Source of the DNA: Octopus sinensis
Taxonomy: Eukaryota
Assembly: GCF_006345805.1 (NCBI RefSeq)
Contig: NC_042998.1
Span: 45,508,001-45,572,000, forward strand
Length of the DNA: 64,000 nt
Direction of reading: 5' to 3'
Numbering within the stretch: position 1 is the first letter of the stretch; the number at the start of each line of letters is the position of its first letter. The position numbers were made by a program, and so were the translations under genes. Below the pieces are notes generated by a model. The model saw nothing but the letters and a program-made list of their open reading frames with translations, made no database searches and was not told the DNA's origin. This document shows positions 36,501 through 50,365 of the stretch, piece by piece.

Positions 36501-38925
36501 GATGAACTCATTCTTCTTCTGTTCTATTTGTGCCACAGATCTGGAGAAACCATTGCTCTTCATGGCAGCTGTAATTAAATTATTTGTCAAAACACCTTCT
36601 GCAATTTCCCAGGCACATAGGAACAATCTTATCTTTGTAGACTTCCAGTTTCTTGTCACCTTCCTTGTGGTGTGTGGCTGTGGTTGTGTGTACAGTTGGT
36701 TTTTAAGTGCAAATATAGAGAGCAGAGGTGTGATGGCAGAAAGAGCAGAGGGGAATGGGAATAAGTTGGGTAGGTGAGTGGAGAAGAAAGTTGGGGGAGG
36801 TAATCAATGCAGTGGTTGAATAGTGTGTATAAATTTAAAGCAAACTGTACCAGTGAAGAAACATTACACCAATACCAAATTTTAATTACAGTAATCCTTT
36901 GCCATATTGCGGTTTATTGTTTAAGCTTACATCAATTCCTCTGTGGTGTTGTTTTGCATTTATAATAAAATATATGCAGGAGTGGCTGTGTGGTAAGTAG
37001 CTTGCTTACCAACCACCTGGTTCCGGGTTCAGTCCCACTGCGTGGCAACTTGGGCAAGTGTCTTCTGCTATAGCCCCGGGCCGACCAATGCCTTGTGAGT
37101 GGATTTGGTAGACGGAAACTGAAAGAAGCCTGTCGTATATATGTATATATATGTAGGTGTGTTTGTGTGTCCGTTTGTCCCCCTAGCATTGACAACCGAT
37201 GCTGGTGTGTTTATGTCCCCGTCACTTAGCGGTTTGGCAAAAGAGACCGATAGAATAAATACTGGGCTTACAAAGAATAAGTCCCGGGGTCGATTTGCTT
37301 GACTAAAGGCGGTGCTCCAGCATGGCCACAGTCACATGACTGAAACAAGTAAAAGAGTAAATTATAAATATAAAAAAAGAAATATACAGTACTGTTTCTA
37401 TTTCATGGATTTTCACCTATCATGGGGTATTTTGGAACATAACACCCACGGTAGTTGAAGGATTACTGTACTTTGATAATGGAAACTGGACAGATACAAC
37501 ATGTTTGGCACTTTAGTATTATGTTTCACATTCAGAATATGACTACTCTGTCATTTGTTTACATATGTTAACTTGAAATTGAGGACTTATCTCATTAAAC
37601 ATTCAGATTTACTATTTCAAAAATAATACTTAATACTTATCTATTCACATTGTTTTGAATTAATTATGCACTATCCTGTAGTTTTAAGACTTCCAAATGA
37701 TTATTTATTTTTTCAAAATGACATTGTAAGGTAGGTATAAGAGATAAGATCTTGTTTGAACATAAAACAGGTAGAATATTTGAGCCAGATATAAATGGTT
37801 GAAATGTCAAAGAGTTAAATATAGTCCCCATTTTAAAAACTATGAGTTTTACTATCAAACTTTCAGTTATCTTTTGAATTTCATATTTAAGAGTTTCGCT
37901 TAATGACAGCTGTTACCAAATCAATAGAAATATGACAGAGAATACATAACTAGGACAAAGTTCACGAATAGCCAAGTATCACTCCTTGTATGATAAGTAA
38001 GAATGCTAACTAAGGAGGCTTTTCTTTTTCTTTTCATATTGTCTGGAAATCTCTGCAGCAGAAAACTGTTTAATTTAAAATTGCAAAATAATTATAGAAT
38101 TTAGTATAGGCCATGTGGTAAGAAGCTTGCTTCCCAACCTCATGGCTCCGTCAGGCCTACCAAAGCCTTGTGAGTGGATTTGGTAGACAGAAACTGAAAG
38201 AAGCCTGTCGTATGTGTGTGTGTGTGTCTTTGTGAGTGTGTGTGTGTGCGTGTCTGTGCATGTAGGTCTGTGTGTGTGTGTCTGTGTATGTGTGAGGCTT
38301 TGCATGAGTGTGAGTTTTTGTGTGTGTGTGAGTCTTTGCATGTGTGTGAGTCTTTGCATGTTTGTGTGTCTGCATGTGTGTGTGTGTCCCACCACCACTT
38401 AACAACCAATCCTTGTGTTCATGTCCCCATAACTTAGCAGTCGACAAAAAAGACTGATAGAATGAGTACAAGGCTTAAAAAAGAAAAGTAGTAAGTCCTA
38501 AGGTCAATTTGTTCGACTAAAACCCTGCAAAGCAGTACCCCAGCATGGCCACAGTCAAATGACTGAAACAAGTAAAAGATAAAGATTAAATAAATTGTAA
38601 GAAATGTCTTAACTTAATCAGTTGGATCATTACGACACTACTGAAAACATTTTGTGAGGACATACTCTTTATACAAGATAAGAGAAAATTAAACATAAGA
38701 CATCATTCTTTTATTCTTTTACTTGTTTGTCATTTTGATTGCGGCCATGCTGGAGCACCACCTTTTTAGTCGAGCAAATCGCCCCCAGGACTTATTCTTT
38801 GTAAGCTTAGTACTTATTCTATCAGCCTCTTTTGCCGAACTGCTAACTCACTGGGACGTAAACACACCAGCATTGGTTGTCAAGTGATGTCGGGGGTGGG
38901 GGTGGACAAACACGTACACACACAC

Positions 38926-38956
<31 letters not shown>

Positions 38957-41590
38957 TGACGGGCTTCTTTCAGTTTCTGTCAACCAAATTCACTCACAAC
39001 GCTTTGGTCGGCCTGAGGCTATAGTAGAAGACACTTTGCCAAGGTGCCACGCAGTGGGACTGAACCCACTACTTACCACACAGCCACTCCTGCAGCTACA
39101 TGCTAACACCAAACAGTCATCAATTATGCAATGGATCTATTGATTACAAAGATGAATTATACTTCTTCGGAACTGAGGAACATAGTTCAGTAGTAGTAAC
39201 AAGATATGAACAATGTTCATTCTATCCAACCATGGCTAGCTAGCATAATCGTAAGCACACTATACGAAATACTAATCGGCATTTCTTCTGACTTTACAGT
39301 CTGGGTTCAAATTCCACCACAGTCAACTTAGCCTATCATCCTCTCAGGGGTGATAAAATAACTACTAACTAAGCATTGGGGGTGATGTAATCAACTAGTC
39401 GCTTCCTACTTATTTTCAGACCTTGTACCTGTAGCAGAGGGAAAAAATATATTCATCCAACCCACACGGTTAGCTGTGACAATCACCATATTTGATAATG
39501 TAACGCCTTATATACAGACTGTAACATGAAAACAAATGCTCCTACTGCTAAATTGAAATCATTTTTTCTTCTTTTAGATTTTTTTAAATTCTTTTGCATA
39601 TTTTAGTCATTAGCCTGTAGCCATGCTGGAGTACAGCCTTAGGGGGTTTTAGTCAAAGAAATCGCCCCCAGGACTTATTCATTGTAAACCTAGTACTTAC
39701 TCTATTGTTCTTTTTTGCCGAACCGCTAAGTTATGGGGACATAACCATACCAACATTGGTTATCAAATGATGGTAGGGAGACGAACACAGACACAAACAT
39801 CTAAATACACACACACATATGACGGTCGTATTTCAGTTTCTGTCTACCAAATCCACTCACAAGGCTTTTGGTTGGCCCAAGGCTATAGTAGATGTTCACC
39901 CAAGGTACCATGCAGTGGGACTGAACTCAGAACCAAGTGGTTGGGAAGCAAGCTTCTCACCACACAGTCACACCTGTGCCTATTTATATAATTTTCCTGT
40001 AAGAGTTGTTCAGTTATGAGAAAGCTTACATGAAAGGGATTCTGAATGTACCATATTTTCCAGTATACAAGTTGAATTTCTCAGACCACAATTAATGGCA
40101 AAAAAAAAAAAAAAAAAGAGGTGAGGGATAGGTTGACTTATATCCCAAGACAACTTTAAAGAACCAAAAGTTCCATGAGAAATGCAAAAGGATTTGGAAA
40201 GATAGTGACAATGTTTGAATGTTTGCACTACATGTTTATATTATATACTATGCTGATTCGTATGCTGAAAAATATGGTGTGTGTGCATGCATGTGTCCAA
40301 GAAAATCTCTATTGTAAATAAAAACTGATACGTTAATTAGATGAAGAGTTCACAAATTTATCACATAAATCTCGTTTGGGGAAAATAGTACAGACCGAGG
40401 GAAGCCCCATAAAACATTTTCTCCATACAAAATAGCAAATTTTCAGACCAATATTTACAACCAAAATAGGTATGTCAACTTATACACCAAGAAGATTTTG
40501 GAGGACCAAAATTTCAATGTGAAATTCAGTACAATCTGGAAAGATAGTGATGATGTTTGAATGTTTTCACTATATACCATGTTTTATTTTACCTTTTATC
40601 TTTCACTTGTTTCAATCATTAGGCTGTGGCCATGCTGGAGCACTGCCTTGAAGAATTTTCAGTCGAATATATCAACCCCAGTACTTATTTTTTTTGAAGC
40701 CTGGTACATATTCTATTGGTCTTTTGGTGAATTGCTAAGTTATGAGAATGTAAACATACGAACACCAGTTGTCAAGCAATGGGAGGGTGGGACAAACACA
40801 GACACAAAGTCAGAAACACACACACACAAACAAATACATACACACACACAGAAACACATGACAGTTTCTGTCTACCAAATCCACTCACTAGGCTTTGGTT
40901 GGCCCATGGCTTTGAAGACACTTGCTCACAAAGTACCACACAGTGAGACTGAACCCAGAACCATGTGGTTGTGAAGCAAACTTCTTAACACACAGCCATA
41001 CCTGCACTTCCGTCCACATATTGAGAGTGGTGCTGTCCTCTGTCTCTGAATGCAGGAGTTGATGTCCCATCAGGTGGTGAAGTAGCTCTGTAAGAGCTTT
41101 GATCCTTTTATTGTGACACTGTAAAGATGACGAGCTGACAGAATCATTAGCACACCAAGCAGAATTCTTAGCAGCATGTCAGCCACCTTTATGTTCTAAG
41201 TTTAAATTCTGTCAAGTTCAACTTTGCTTTCAGGGTCTATAAAATAAGTACCAATTTACTAGTTGCAGACAGTGGGGGGGAATGTAATCGACTAGTCCCC
41301 TTCCACAAAATTTCAGGTTTTGTGTCTTTAGTAGAAAAAATTATTATGACACTGTAAAGGTGGTGAGCTGCCAGAATCATTAGCACACCAAGGTGGCAAG
41401 CTGGCAGAATCATTAGCACGCCGGGCGAAATGAGTAGCTGTATTTCATCTGCCGTTATGTTCTGAGTTCAAATTCCACCGAGGTCAACTTTGCCTTTCAT
41501 CCTTTTGAGGTCAATAAATTAAGTAGCAGTTATGCCCTGGGGTCAATGTAATCAACTTAATCCCTTTGTCTGTCCTTGTTTGTCCCCTCT

Positions 41591-41702
41591 CCTACCCTGA
41601 TGTAATCTCCAGGGATACAGGCATCCAGCAACAGGACCTCCGTAATGCTATGATGGACCGTGAAGTCTGGCGTAGCATGGTAAATTCCATTGATGATGAT
41701 AA
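41591..41702 (+). mobile_element. Tiny 5'-truncated LINE insertion (another RTE-like family) inside a SINE
   Basis: Encodes SYPDVISRDTGIQQQDLRNAMMDREVWRSMVNSI, ends GATGATGAT, and is flanked by near-TSD TTGTCCCC(C)TCT at 41580 and 41703. Confidence 0.7.
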
Positions 41703-42843
41703 TTGTCCCCCTCTATGTTTAGCCCCTTGTGGGCAATAACGAAATAAGAATCATCAGCACACCAAGCAAAATGCTTGGCAGCATTTTGTCTGTCTTTGCA
41801 TTCTGAGTTCAAATTCCACCAAGGTCCACTTTGCCTTTCATCCTTTTAGGGTGGATAAAATAAGTACTAGTTGAAGTACTGGCCTTGTGACAAAATTCAA
41901 AATCATTATTGCATCAGTTTTACTCATTTCAATCATTGGACTGTGGCCATGCTGAGGAACTGCCTAGAAGGGCTATGTTGATTAAATTGACCCCGTTTTT
42001 ATTTTAAGCCTGGTACTTATTCTAAGAATTTTTTTTGCCAAACTACTAAAAGAATGTAAAGAAACCAACAGCAGTCATCAAGCAGCAAGGGGACAAAAAC
42101 AAAGATGCACACACATACATACAAATCACACAGACAGACATACATACATACAAATCATAGACAGACATACATACACACAGGCATACATACACACAGACAT
42201 ACACACACACACATCAATCAAATTCATTTATTAGGCATTGGTTGGCCTGGGGCTCTAAGAGAACTGCATTTGCCCAAGCAGCACAGTGAGGACTGAACCT
42301 GAAGCCACAAGGCTGCAAAGTGAACTTCTTAACCACACAACCATGTTAGCACCAACACAGAAAATACTCAAGAAAACTGATAATTATTTTTGGATAAAAT
42401 TCAGGTGAGTGGTGAGTGTACTTTGTGATGGCAACATGTTCAAAACTATGGACTTTGAAGTAGTTTGTTATCAATGTGCTAATTACTACACAAGAGATAA
42501 AAGGCTGGGCTGTACAAGCCCTAAACAAACTAATAACAAAACGTTTGCAATGCCAAAAAGTTTGTTCACTGTATATCTGGCCTCAATCAGTGATGAAAAT
42601 AGGTTTACTGGTTACTAAAATATAACTTGGAATATATTTGGTGGTTACTATCAATATAATATTTCAGGCGTAGGCATGGCTATGTGGTAAGTAGCTTGCT
42701 TACCACCCACATGGTTCCGGTTTCAGTCCCACTGTGTGGCATCTTGGGCAAATGTCTTCTACTATAGCCTCGGGCTGACCAAAGCCTTGTGAGTGTATTT
42801 GGTAGACGGAAACTGAAAGAAGCCCGTCGTATATATATATGCA

Positions 42844-42874
<31 letters not shown>

Positions 42875-43583
42875 TTGTGTGTCTGTGTTTGTCCCTCCAA
42901 CATTGCTTGACAACCAATAGAATAAGTACTAGGCTTGCAAAGAATAAGTCCTGGGGTCGATTTGCTCGACTAAAGGCGGTGCTCCAGCATGGCCACAGTC
43001 AAATGACTGAAACAAGTAGAAGAGTAAAAGAGAGAGTTTTGTCAAGAAGCATATATAATTCTTATACTGATACAAAGGTAAAATGTTCTTAAACTGATAC
43101 ATTTGTAAGGAAGGAGAAGAGTTAATTGAATTAGTCTCAAAACGTGCTCAGTACTTATTTTGTCAATCTTGAATCGGAACTGGGTGACTTGCCTGGAACA
43201 ATAAACCATATTGGGTTTTTTTGCTAAGCTGAAGTATCTCACCTGTGCACACCACCATGACTACAGGTGATAGCAGTAGTTCACTAACTGAACTGGTTGA
43301 TCCAGGCAATAGACAGTTCATTGTCTGTTCACCCGCTCAGCAACTAGTGATATTCACCATTGATTCTAATAAGTTCATTTGCCAAAATAGTCCACATCCA
43401 TCATGCTGCATCCCATGATTTCAGTGTACTCTGGCTTCCTATTTATCCATAGCTGGGACCCTGATAGGTGCTATCAAGTCAGAGCAGGCCTGTGAGCAAT
43501 AGAGGAGTGGCTAAGAGGTGGTTCCACACTTTTCAAAACCCAAGAAGTCCTGAACCAATGATCTGCTATTGGATACAGTTTAA

Positions 43584-43804
43584 CCCTTAAGCATTTAAAC
43601 AGGTCATATCCAGCTGAAATGTTCTACTTGTTTTATGTTCAAATTGGCCAGACCCAACCTCTCACACAGACCCTATAATGCCATTCTTACAAATAAACAA
43701 TTGCATCATTGAAATCTTGAAGCTACACGAAAATGCATGTTTAATTCAAAACAATATGCATTGATAAGCATTACATTTGACAGAATAATCTGAATCCTAA
43801 AGGG
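43584..43804. mobile_element. piggyBac-type MITE, same family in reverse orientation (more decayed copies at ~27245-27670, ~33995-34220, ~37600-37820)
   Basis: TTAA CCCTTAAGCATTTA ... TGAATCCTAAAGGG TTAA; internal sequence matches 12956-13173. Confidence 0.75.
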
Positions 43805-45189
43805 TTAAAGTCATAACCAAGACACTATCAACCTCAAATAGATAAAAATTATCAACACAATTCGTTCTACTACCTTCATATAACATAAATATAAACAAAA
43901 AACAAACTACTATTGACAATAAAAACAATTACATTTTTTCAAAAGGTTTGTATAACCAGAAGGTGAGATGCCTATGAATTATTACAGATTTATTTTGTTT
44001 CTTAAATAAATCATAAATTACTAGTTTTTTAACTGCACACAAACACATTCCTAAGTTCGTTTTTTACACCTTTTTTATAGTTAAAAGAGTACTGGAGAAG
44101 TTGACAAGTCACAATTTCAAGGCAAGGTACATTACTCTGCCAACCTCAATCTAACTAGCTAAAACATCCTGTTATGATCAAGTGGTTAGCAGTTACACAA
44201 AGAATCAAATGTGAAAACATTTACTTCAACAAAATGCAAACATGAAATACAATCTCACTCACATTACCTTGCAAAATACGAATAAAAAGACTTAAAAATT
44301 GATAACTAATGAAATATAATTCCTTGTGTGACTAAGAAAATAAAATTTTAATGAACTTGTTGATTTTAAACCACCTTTAACTAAACCAATTTAAGGGATC
44401 TCCCTACCAACTTTCCATCTCTCATTGTACCCTACATTATTGGATTTGATGGCAAATAAGATATCCCTTTTTTCCCAAGAAAATATCTCCAAACAAAATC
44501 ACCCTGTGTTCTATATACTAAGTGGGGCCCTATATCACATGCTTTAATGCATTAAAAACATTTTTCCCTGAACATGTGCTACTGAAATTAGGGCGTATTT
44601 AATATGTCCATCTATCTTTTATACTATCAAATATGGTAACTGCCGTACTGAATTCTTCATAAAAACTCCTTTGCATTCAAATTCAACCTCTAACTTTAAT
44701 CTGCATCAATTCAAAAGACATTAATCATACTAAGCTTCTCTTCTCATATCATTATCTCTCCATCTAGGAGAGACTGAAAATGAGGGGGTTTTGAGGATAC
44801 TACCCATTTTTTCCATGCTAATGAATAAAAAAAAAACTTGAAAAACATTATTGAAATTGAAATTACTATATTGTGGAAGACCCACATAATAACACATAAA
44901 GCTTTTAAATTCACTCCAAATTTTAATTTATTTCACAAGGCCACATGGTAAAAAGTTTTGCTTCCCAGCCACATGGTTTCAGGTTCAGTCCCACTGCATG
45001 GTACCTTTGACAAGTAGCTTTTACTATAGCCTCAAGCTAACCAAAGCCTTATTAATGGATTTGGTAGACAGAAACTGAAAGAAGCCCATCAAATATGTGT
45101 GCGCGCACATATGTTACTGTCTCCTTGACTTGACAGCACTTAATAGCTGTAAGCAAGTGCCACTGTCATGGAAGCATGCCTTTTACTTT

Positions 45190-45630
45190 CAATCTTCTAT
45201 GATAGATGTTTGGACATTGGGAAATAGGAGATGGTGGGATTATCCAGAAGTGACGGGAAGAGACCAGATGCTCTTACCCTAAGTCCCTGGGTAAGAGGTA
45301 GGCACCTCATCTGGGATGTCACAGTCTGTAATGCTTTTGCTCCCTCTCACATCCTGGATGCTGCAGTAAGTGGGAGGGTCACTGAATCCATAGCCAAATG
45401 GAACAAAACCCTGAAGTACCGGAACTTGGCAGGGACTATCTCTTCCAGCCTATGGTGTTTGCAAGGTTTGGAGGGAGTGGGTCACTAATGGCAAAGTTCT
45501 TGTCATCATTGGCAGCTCACCTTACCAAGGTGTCAGGTGATGCCCATGAGGGCGCTTGGCTTTTCCAAAGCCTTAGCCTCAGGCCATTGTCCATGGTAAT
45601 GCCATGAGTGTGTTGGCTACTTTCAGTAGG
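45190..45630 (+). mobile_element. Restriction-like-endonuclease (RLE) LINE C-terminal relic, CRE-like
   Basis: GLSRSDGKRPDALTLSPWVRGRHLIWDVTVCNAFAPSH..KYRNL / LFQPMVF..KFLSSLAAHLTKVSGDAHEGAWLFQSLSL; PD..D nuclease core; frameshifted. Confidence 0.75.
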
Positions 45631-48309
45631 TTCTGTTGAACCAGGTGGTGTGACCAACTGAAGCACTTGGTGCTGCATTAATGCTTTCTTTCTCTCTCTC
45701 CCCTTTTTTGCAAAATTATATTCCTTTCCATATTTTGAATAAAATGAACCTTACCTCCTTGGAAACAGGAAAGAGGCATCTAACCATAGAAAACATGTCT
45801 CAACAAATTCCACCTAGCCCACACAAGCATGCGAAGATGGACATTTAAACAATGAAAGTGTCAAAATTTTCATTGCACAATACCTTGATCTGTGTCAGTG
45901 ACCAAATTGAAGTTGTATGACAAAAATTTAAGCCTCATGAAATAAATTCATATTTATAGTGAATTCAACATCTTTGAGTATTATTATTACATGGCTTTAA
46001 GGCAATGAGCTGGCAGAAAGAGCACACTGGGCGAAATGCTTAGTGGTATTTCGCCTTTCTTTACATTCCGAGTTCAACCGCTGAGGTTGACTTTGCTTTT
46101 CATCCTTTCAGGGTCGATAAATTAAGTACTAGTTGCATACTGGGGTCGATCTAATCGACTGGCCCCCTTCCAAAAATTTCGGGCCTTGTGCTTAAAGTAG
46201 AAAAGATTATTATATGGCTTTTCAACAGGTATACCTCATTTACAACAGTAATTGGTTCTAAGACATGTGACTTTACTTAAAAATGGTATATCATGGGAAA
46301 ACATTTAAAAAAATTTATTAGCTCATACCTGTTTAATAAATGGTTTGTACATATTCTCATGCGTATTTTATTTCATTTTCCACTTCAGTACTGGTATTTA
46401 GGTGTCTTTTAAAATTTTATTTTAAATAAGTTCATTGAGACCAACATAAAGTCAGATAAATCAGCTGGAGTTGGTTTATTTTTCCCATTAATTTCTTAAA
46501 AAATGACATAAAGTCAAAAAAGACCTAACTTGAAATGACATAATTTGAGGTATGCCTGAAGATTTAATAAGATTGTAATCGCTATACTGAATTCTGTCAG
46601 GTATTAAATACACATTGAAATAAAACATCTGATGGCAATCAGAAATGAAATGCAGTATGTTGTGAATATCAAATATTCTTTTCGTTTCCAAAGTCATAAT
46701 CTTATTTAAAATATCTCAGACATTTAATTAATTAGCTTTTTTTTTTTTAAACACCGTAATACATCTTACTTTACAACAGATAATAATTAGTTACTGTAAA
46801 TGAAATTACAATACAATTCTACCAGCTGTGAGGTCAGGACACTTGCTAGGTTGTTAGTGTTGGAGTCAATTAAAATCATCATCATCATCCACTTTACGAT
46901 GCTTTCTTTTATTTTTTCTCTTATCTTTTACTTGTTTCTGCCATTAAACTGCAGCCATGCTGGAACACCGACTGGAAATATTTTTAGTCGACCCTGTGCT
47001 GTGGCACGTAAAAGGGCACCATTCGAGCGTGATCGTTACCAACGTCGCTTTACTGGCACCTGTGCTGGTGTGTAAAAAGATTCGAGCGAGGTCATTGCCA
47101 GTACCGCCTGACTGGCCCCTATGCTGGTGGCATGTAAAAAGCACCCACTACACTCTCGGAGTAGTTGGCATTAGGAAGGGCATCCAGCTGTAGAAACTCT
47201 CTCAAGATTGGAACCTGATGCAGCCATCTGGTTCACCAGCCCTCAGTCAAGCCCTCGTCCAACCCATGCTAGCATGGAAAGCGGACGTTAAACAATGATG
47301 ATGATGATGAATCAACCTCAGTACTTACTTTTTGTTAAGCCTGGTACTTATTCTATTGGTCTTGTTTTGCTAAACTACTAAATTACAGGGACATAAACAC
47401 ACCAACACCAGTTGTCAAGTGGGGGGGGTTGCAAACACAGACACACACACACACACACACATATATATATGACGAGCTTCTTTCAGTCTCCGTCTGCCAA
47501 ATCCCTTCAAAAGGCTTTGGTCAGCCAGAGGCTATAGCAGAAGACACTTGCCCAAGGTGCCATGCAGTGGAACTGAACCCAGTACCGGCTGGTTGAGAAA
47601 CAAGCTTAAATATTTGTAACTTCTTTCATGATATAAAAAGAAGCCAGAATGGCCAAGTTAGAGCCTTTCAGCATAAAAACTTAAAAAGTTAGGGTGTTGA
47701 ACAATAGCTTGATGGTTCATAGCAACCATGTATTATTATGTTTACAATTTCAACTTTGCCTTTCCTCCTTTCAGGGTTAATAAAATGAGCACTGGCGTTG
47801 ATGACAAACCCCCTCATCCAAAATTTCAGGCTTTGTGTCTATAGTAGAAAGAACAAATAAATTAATGTCAGAAATATATTCCTCATTACAAATAGAAGCA
47901 CAGGTAGAACCCCCACTTTCCAGGCATTGATGGTCGGGAACCTCTTACAATCTGCACTAACTTACGAGCAGTAACTTCACAGCCACCAGACTAGTCACCT
48001 GATGTACAGACACCTGCATTTCACTTAAGTAAGTCAATCTAATATTTGTTTAATTTACAGTGTGTTAACCTTAGTGTAGAAAAATCAGTAGTATCGCCAG
48101 ACTGGCCCTCGTGCTGGTGGCATGTAAAAGCACCCACTACACTCTCGGAGTGGTTGGCATCCAGCTATAGAAACTCTGCCAGATCAGATTGGAGCCTGGT
48201 GCAGCCATCTGGTTTGCCAGTCCTCAGTCAAATCGTCCAACCCATGCTAGCATGGAAAGCAGACATTAAATGATGATGATGATGATTTTATATATATATA
48301 ATATATATA

Positions 48310-48347
<38 letters not shown>

Positions 48348-49235
48348 GGGTTGAAGGTTTTGTGCAATGACCAGTAGTGTAACTGGAGTAGGGGGCAAGA
48401 GAGGCACATGCCATGGGTGCTGATTGAAGGTGGGGTGCAGAATGGACCATAACACGATAAGCTTGAACTTCATTTATAACATTGCAATTGTAAAAATGGA
48501 TCTCCAGCATATCGTTTTATGCTGTTATTGAAGGTAAACACAATATGATGGATGTCTATATTCATGTCAGGACATTTTTACAAAGGGCATCAAAAAGGGC
48601 TTCGTAAAAGTAAACATTAAAAAAGATATATTTTGAATTACAGGCTGTACTGAACTGGCAGGTAAATGAAAACTAGTAAAGGATTTATTCCTAAAATATT
48701 GCTTTAAAACATTAATTACTCGTAACAAATAAATATATAATATTATGGATTTTGTAATTAGGAGGGAGGGATGCATTTTTGCGGCTTGCCCTGGTAAGAA
48801 TGTACTGTAAAATAAAGGTTTCAAATTTTGGCACAAAGCCAGTAATTTCCGTAGAGGATAGCCAATTATATTGACCCCAGTATTCAACTGGTACTTATTC
48901 TATTGACCCCAGTAGAATTTGAACTCAGAATGTGAAGATGGAGAAATTGCCATTAAGCATTTCACTCAGTGTGCTAACTATTCTGCCAGCTCACCACCTT
49001 AATGCAGTATGCAATAATGATTTCAAATTTTGGCACAAGGCCAGCAATTTTGGGGGAAGGGGCAAGTTGACCCCAGCGTTCAAATGGCATGCATTTTATT
49101 AACCCCAAAAGAATGAAAAGCAAAGCTGACCCTGGCGGAATTTGAACTCAGAACGTAAAGATGGATTTCACCTGGTGTGCTAATGACTCTGCCAGCTCAC
49201 CACCTTAATGCACTGCATAACAATGCCAGTACAAT

Positions 49236-49563
49236 TATTTACATTGTTTACATTTGATAGATATTTGTCCTCATCTTGTTTGTTGTTAACACAATGTTTC
49301 GGCTGATATACCCTCCAGCCTTCTTCAGGTGTCTTGGGGAAATTTCAAACCTGGGTTCTCATTGCTAATGTTATTATTATTATTGTTAGTGTTCAGGTCA
49401 CTGCTTGGAATTGAACTCGGAATCTTGGGGTTAGTAGCCTGCGCTCTTAACCACTGTGCCATATGCCCGTGGAGTGAATTTTAGGGTTTATAAATCTAAT
49501 AGTTTTCTATCCTTCCTTAATACCGGTTCCCATATGCTGTTCATATCTGCACTCAGTCTGCTT
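49236..49563 (-). mobile_element. Second copy of the Penelope/tRNA/hammerhead composite
   Basis: SRLSADMNSIWEPVLRKDRKLLDL*, then GGGCATATGGCACAGTGGTTAAGAGCGCAGGCTACTAACCCCAAGATTCCGAGTTCAATTCC, a short (TAA)n and the hammerhead core. Confidence 0.8.
49288..49333 (-). ncRNA. Minimal type-I hammerhead ribozyme motif
   Basis: GACAC CUGAAGA A GGCUG(gagggtatat)CAGCC GAAAC AUU GUGUU: stem I GACAC/GUGUU, stem II 5 bp, conserved core, vestigial stem III. Confidence 0.65.
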
Positions 49564-50365
49564 AAATATAGAACTGTAGAATGCCAGGACAAACTACGAA
49601 ATGTAGGATCAAGTGATCATATACTGTACTGCAGCTCTGTCCTCATAGCAGCATGTTAAAATGGGTATTAAAACAAAATCAGGATATATTTGACAATCAT
49701 CATCAACTTCATTGTCATTTTAATGTCCATTTATCCATGCTTGCATGGGTCAGACAGAATTTTGTTGAAGCAGATTTTCTGGGGTTGGATGCCCTTCCTG
49801 TTGCCTGGGGTTGTATGCCCTTCCTGTTGCCTGGGGTTGGATGCCCTTCCTGTTGCTAACTATCACCTGTTTCCCAGTGAGGTAGTATTTCCCCCAGAAC
49901 AGACATGTTTTCATGGAAGATTAGAAATGAGCGACACCATTTGCATGACAGCAATTAACATTTACAACTATCACATGATATTAAGAGGTAAGGAGACAGT
50001 AACACACATACACACAATAAGCTTCTTTCAGTTTCCATCTACCAAGTCCACTTACAAGGCTTTGGTCAGCTCAGAGCTATAGAAGACACTTGGCCAGGGT
50101 GCTGAACCCAGGACCACATGGTGGAAAGCAAGCTTCCTAACAACACAGCCATGCCTGTGTCTACGACAGTTATGTATAAACACACATATATACAAGCAGA
50201 GAGCAGTATAGAGACACTGATAGCCAAGTAGTAAATGTGCATACATGAAGTAGTTGTCTTATACCCACTGGTTGCTTGCTACAAAGTATTAAATTACAAG
50301 AAACATATCTTTATTTATACTCTGAATGAAGTCTTTTTCTGTTAGAGTTTCAACTACTTAACTAA

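Noticed and set aside
37385-37470. ~86-bp Tigger-like mini-MITE (TACAGTA...TACTGTA)
   Set aside because: TIR of only 5-7 bp; too short to call with confidence.
49389-49470. Functional tRNA gene (ACT anticodon)
   Set aside because: Acceptor and anticodon stems are imperfect and there is no T-run terminator; it is part of a repeated composite, so treated as tRNA-derived.
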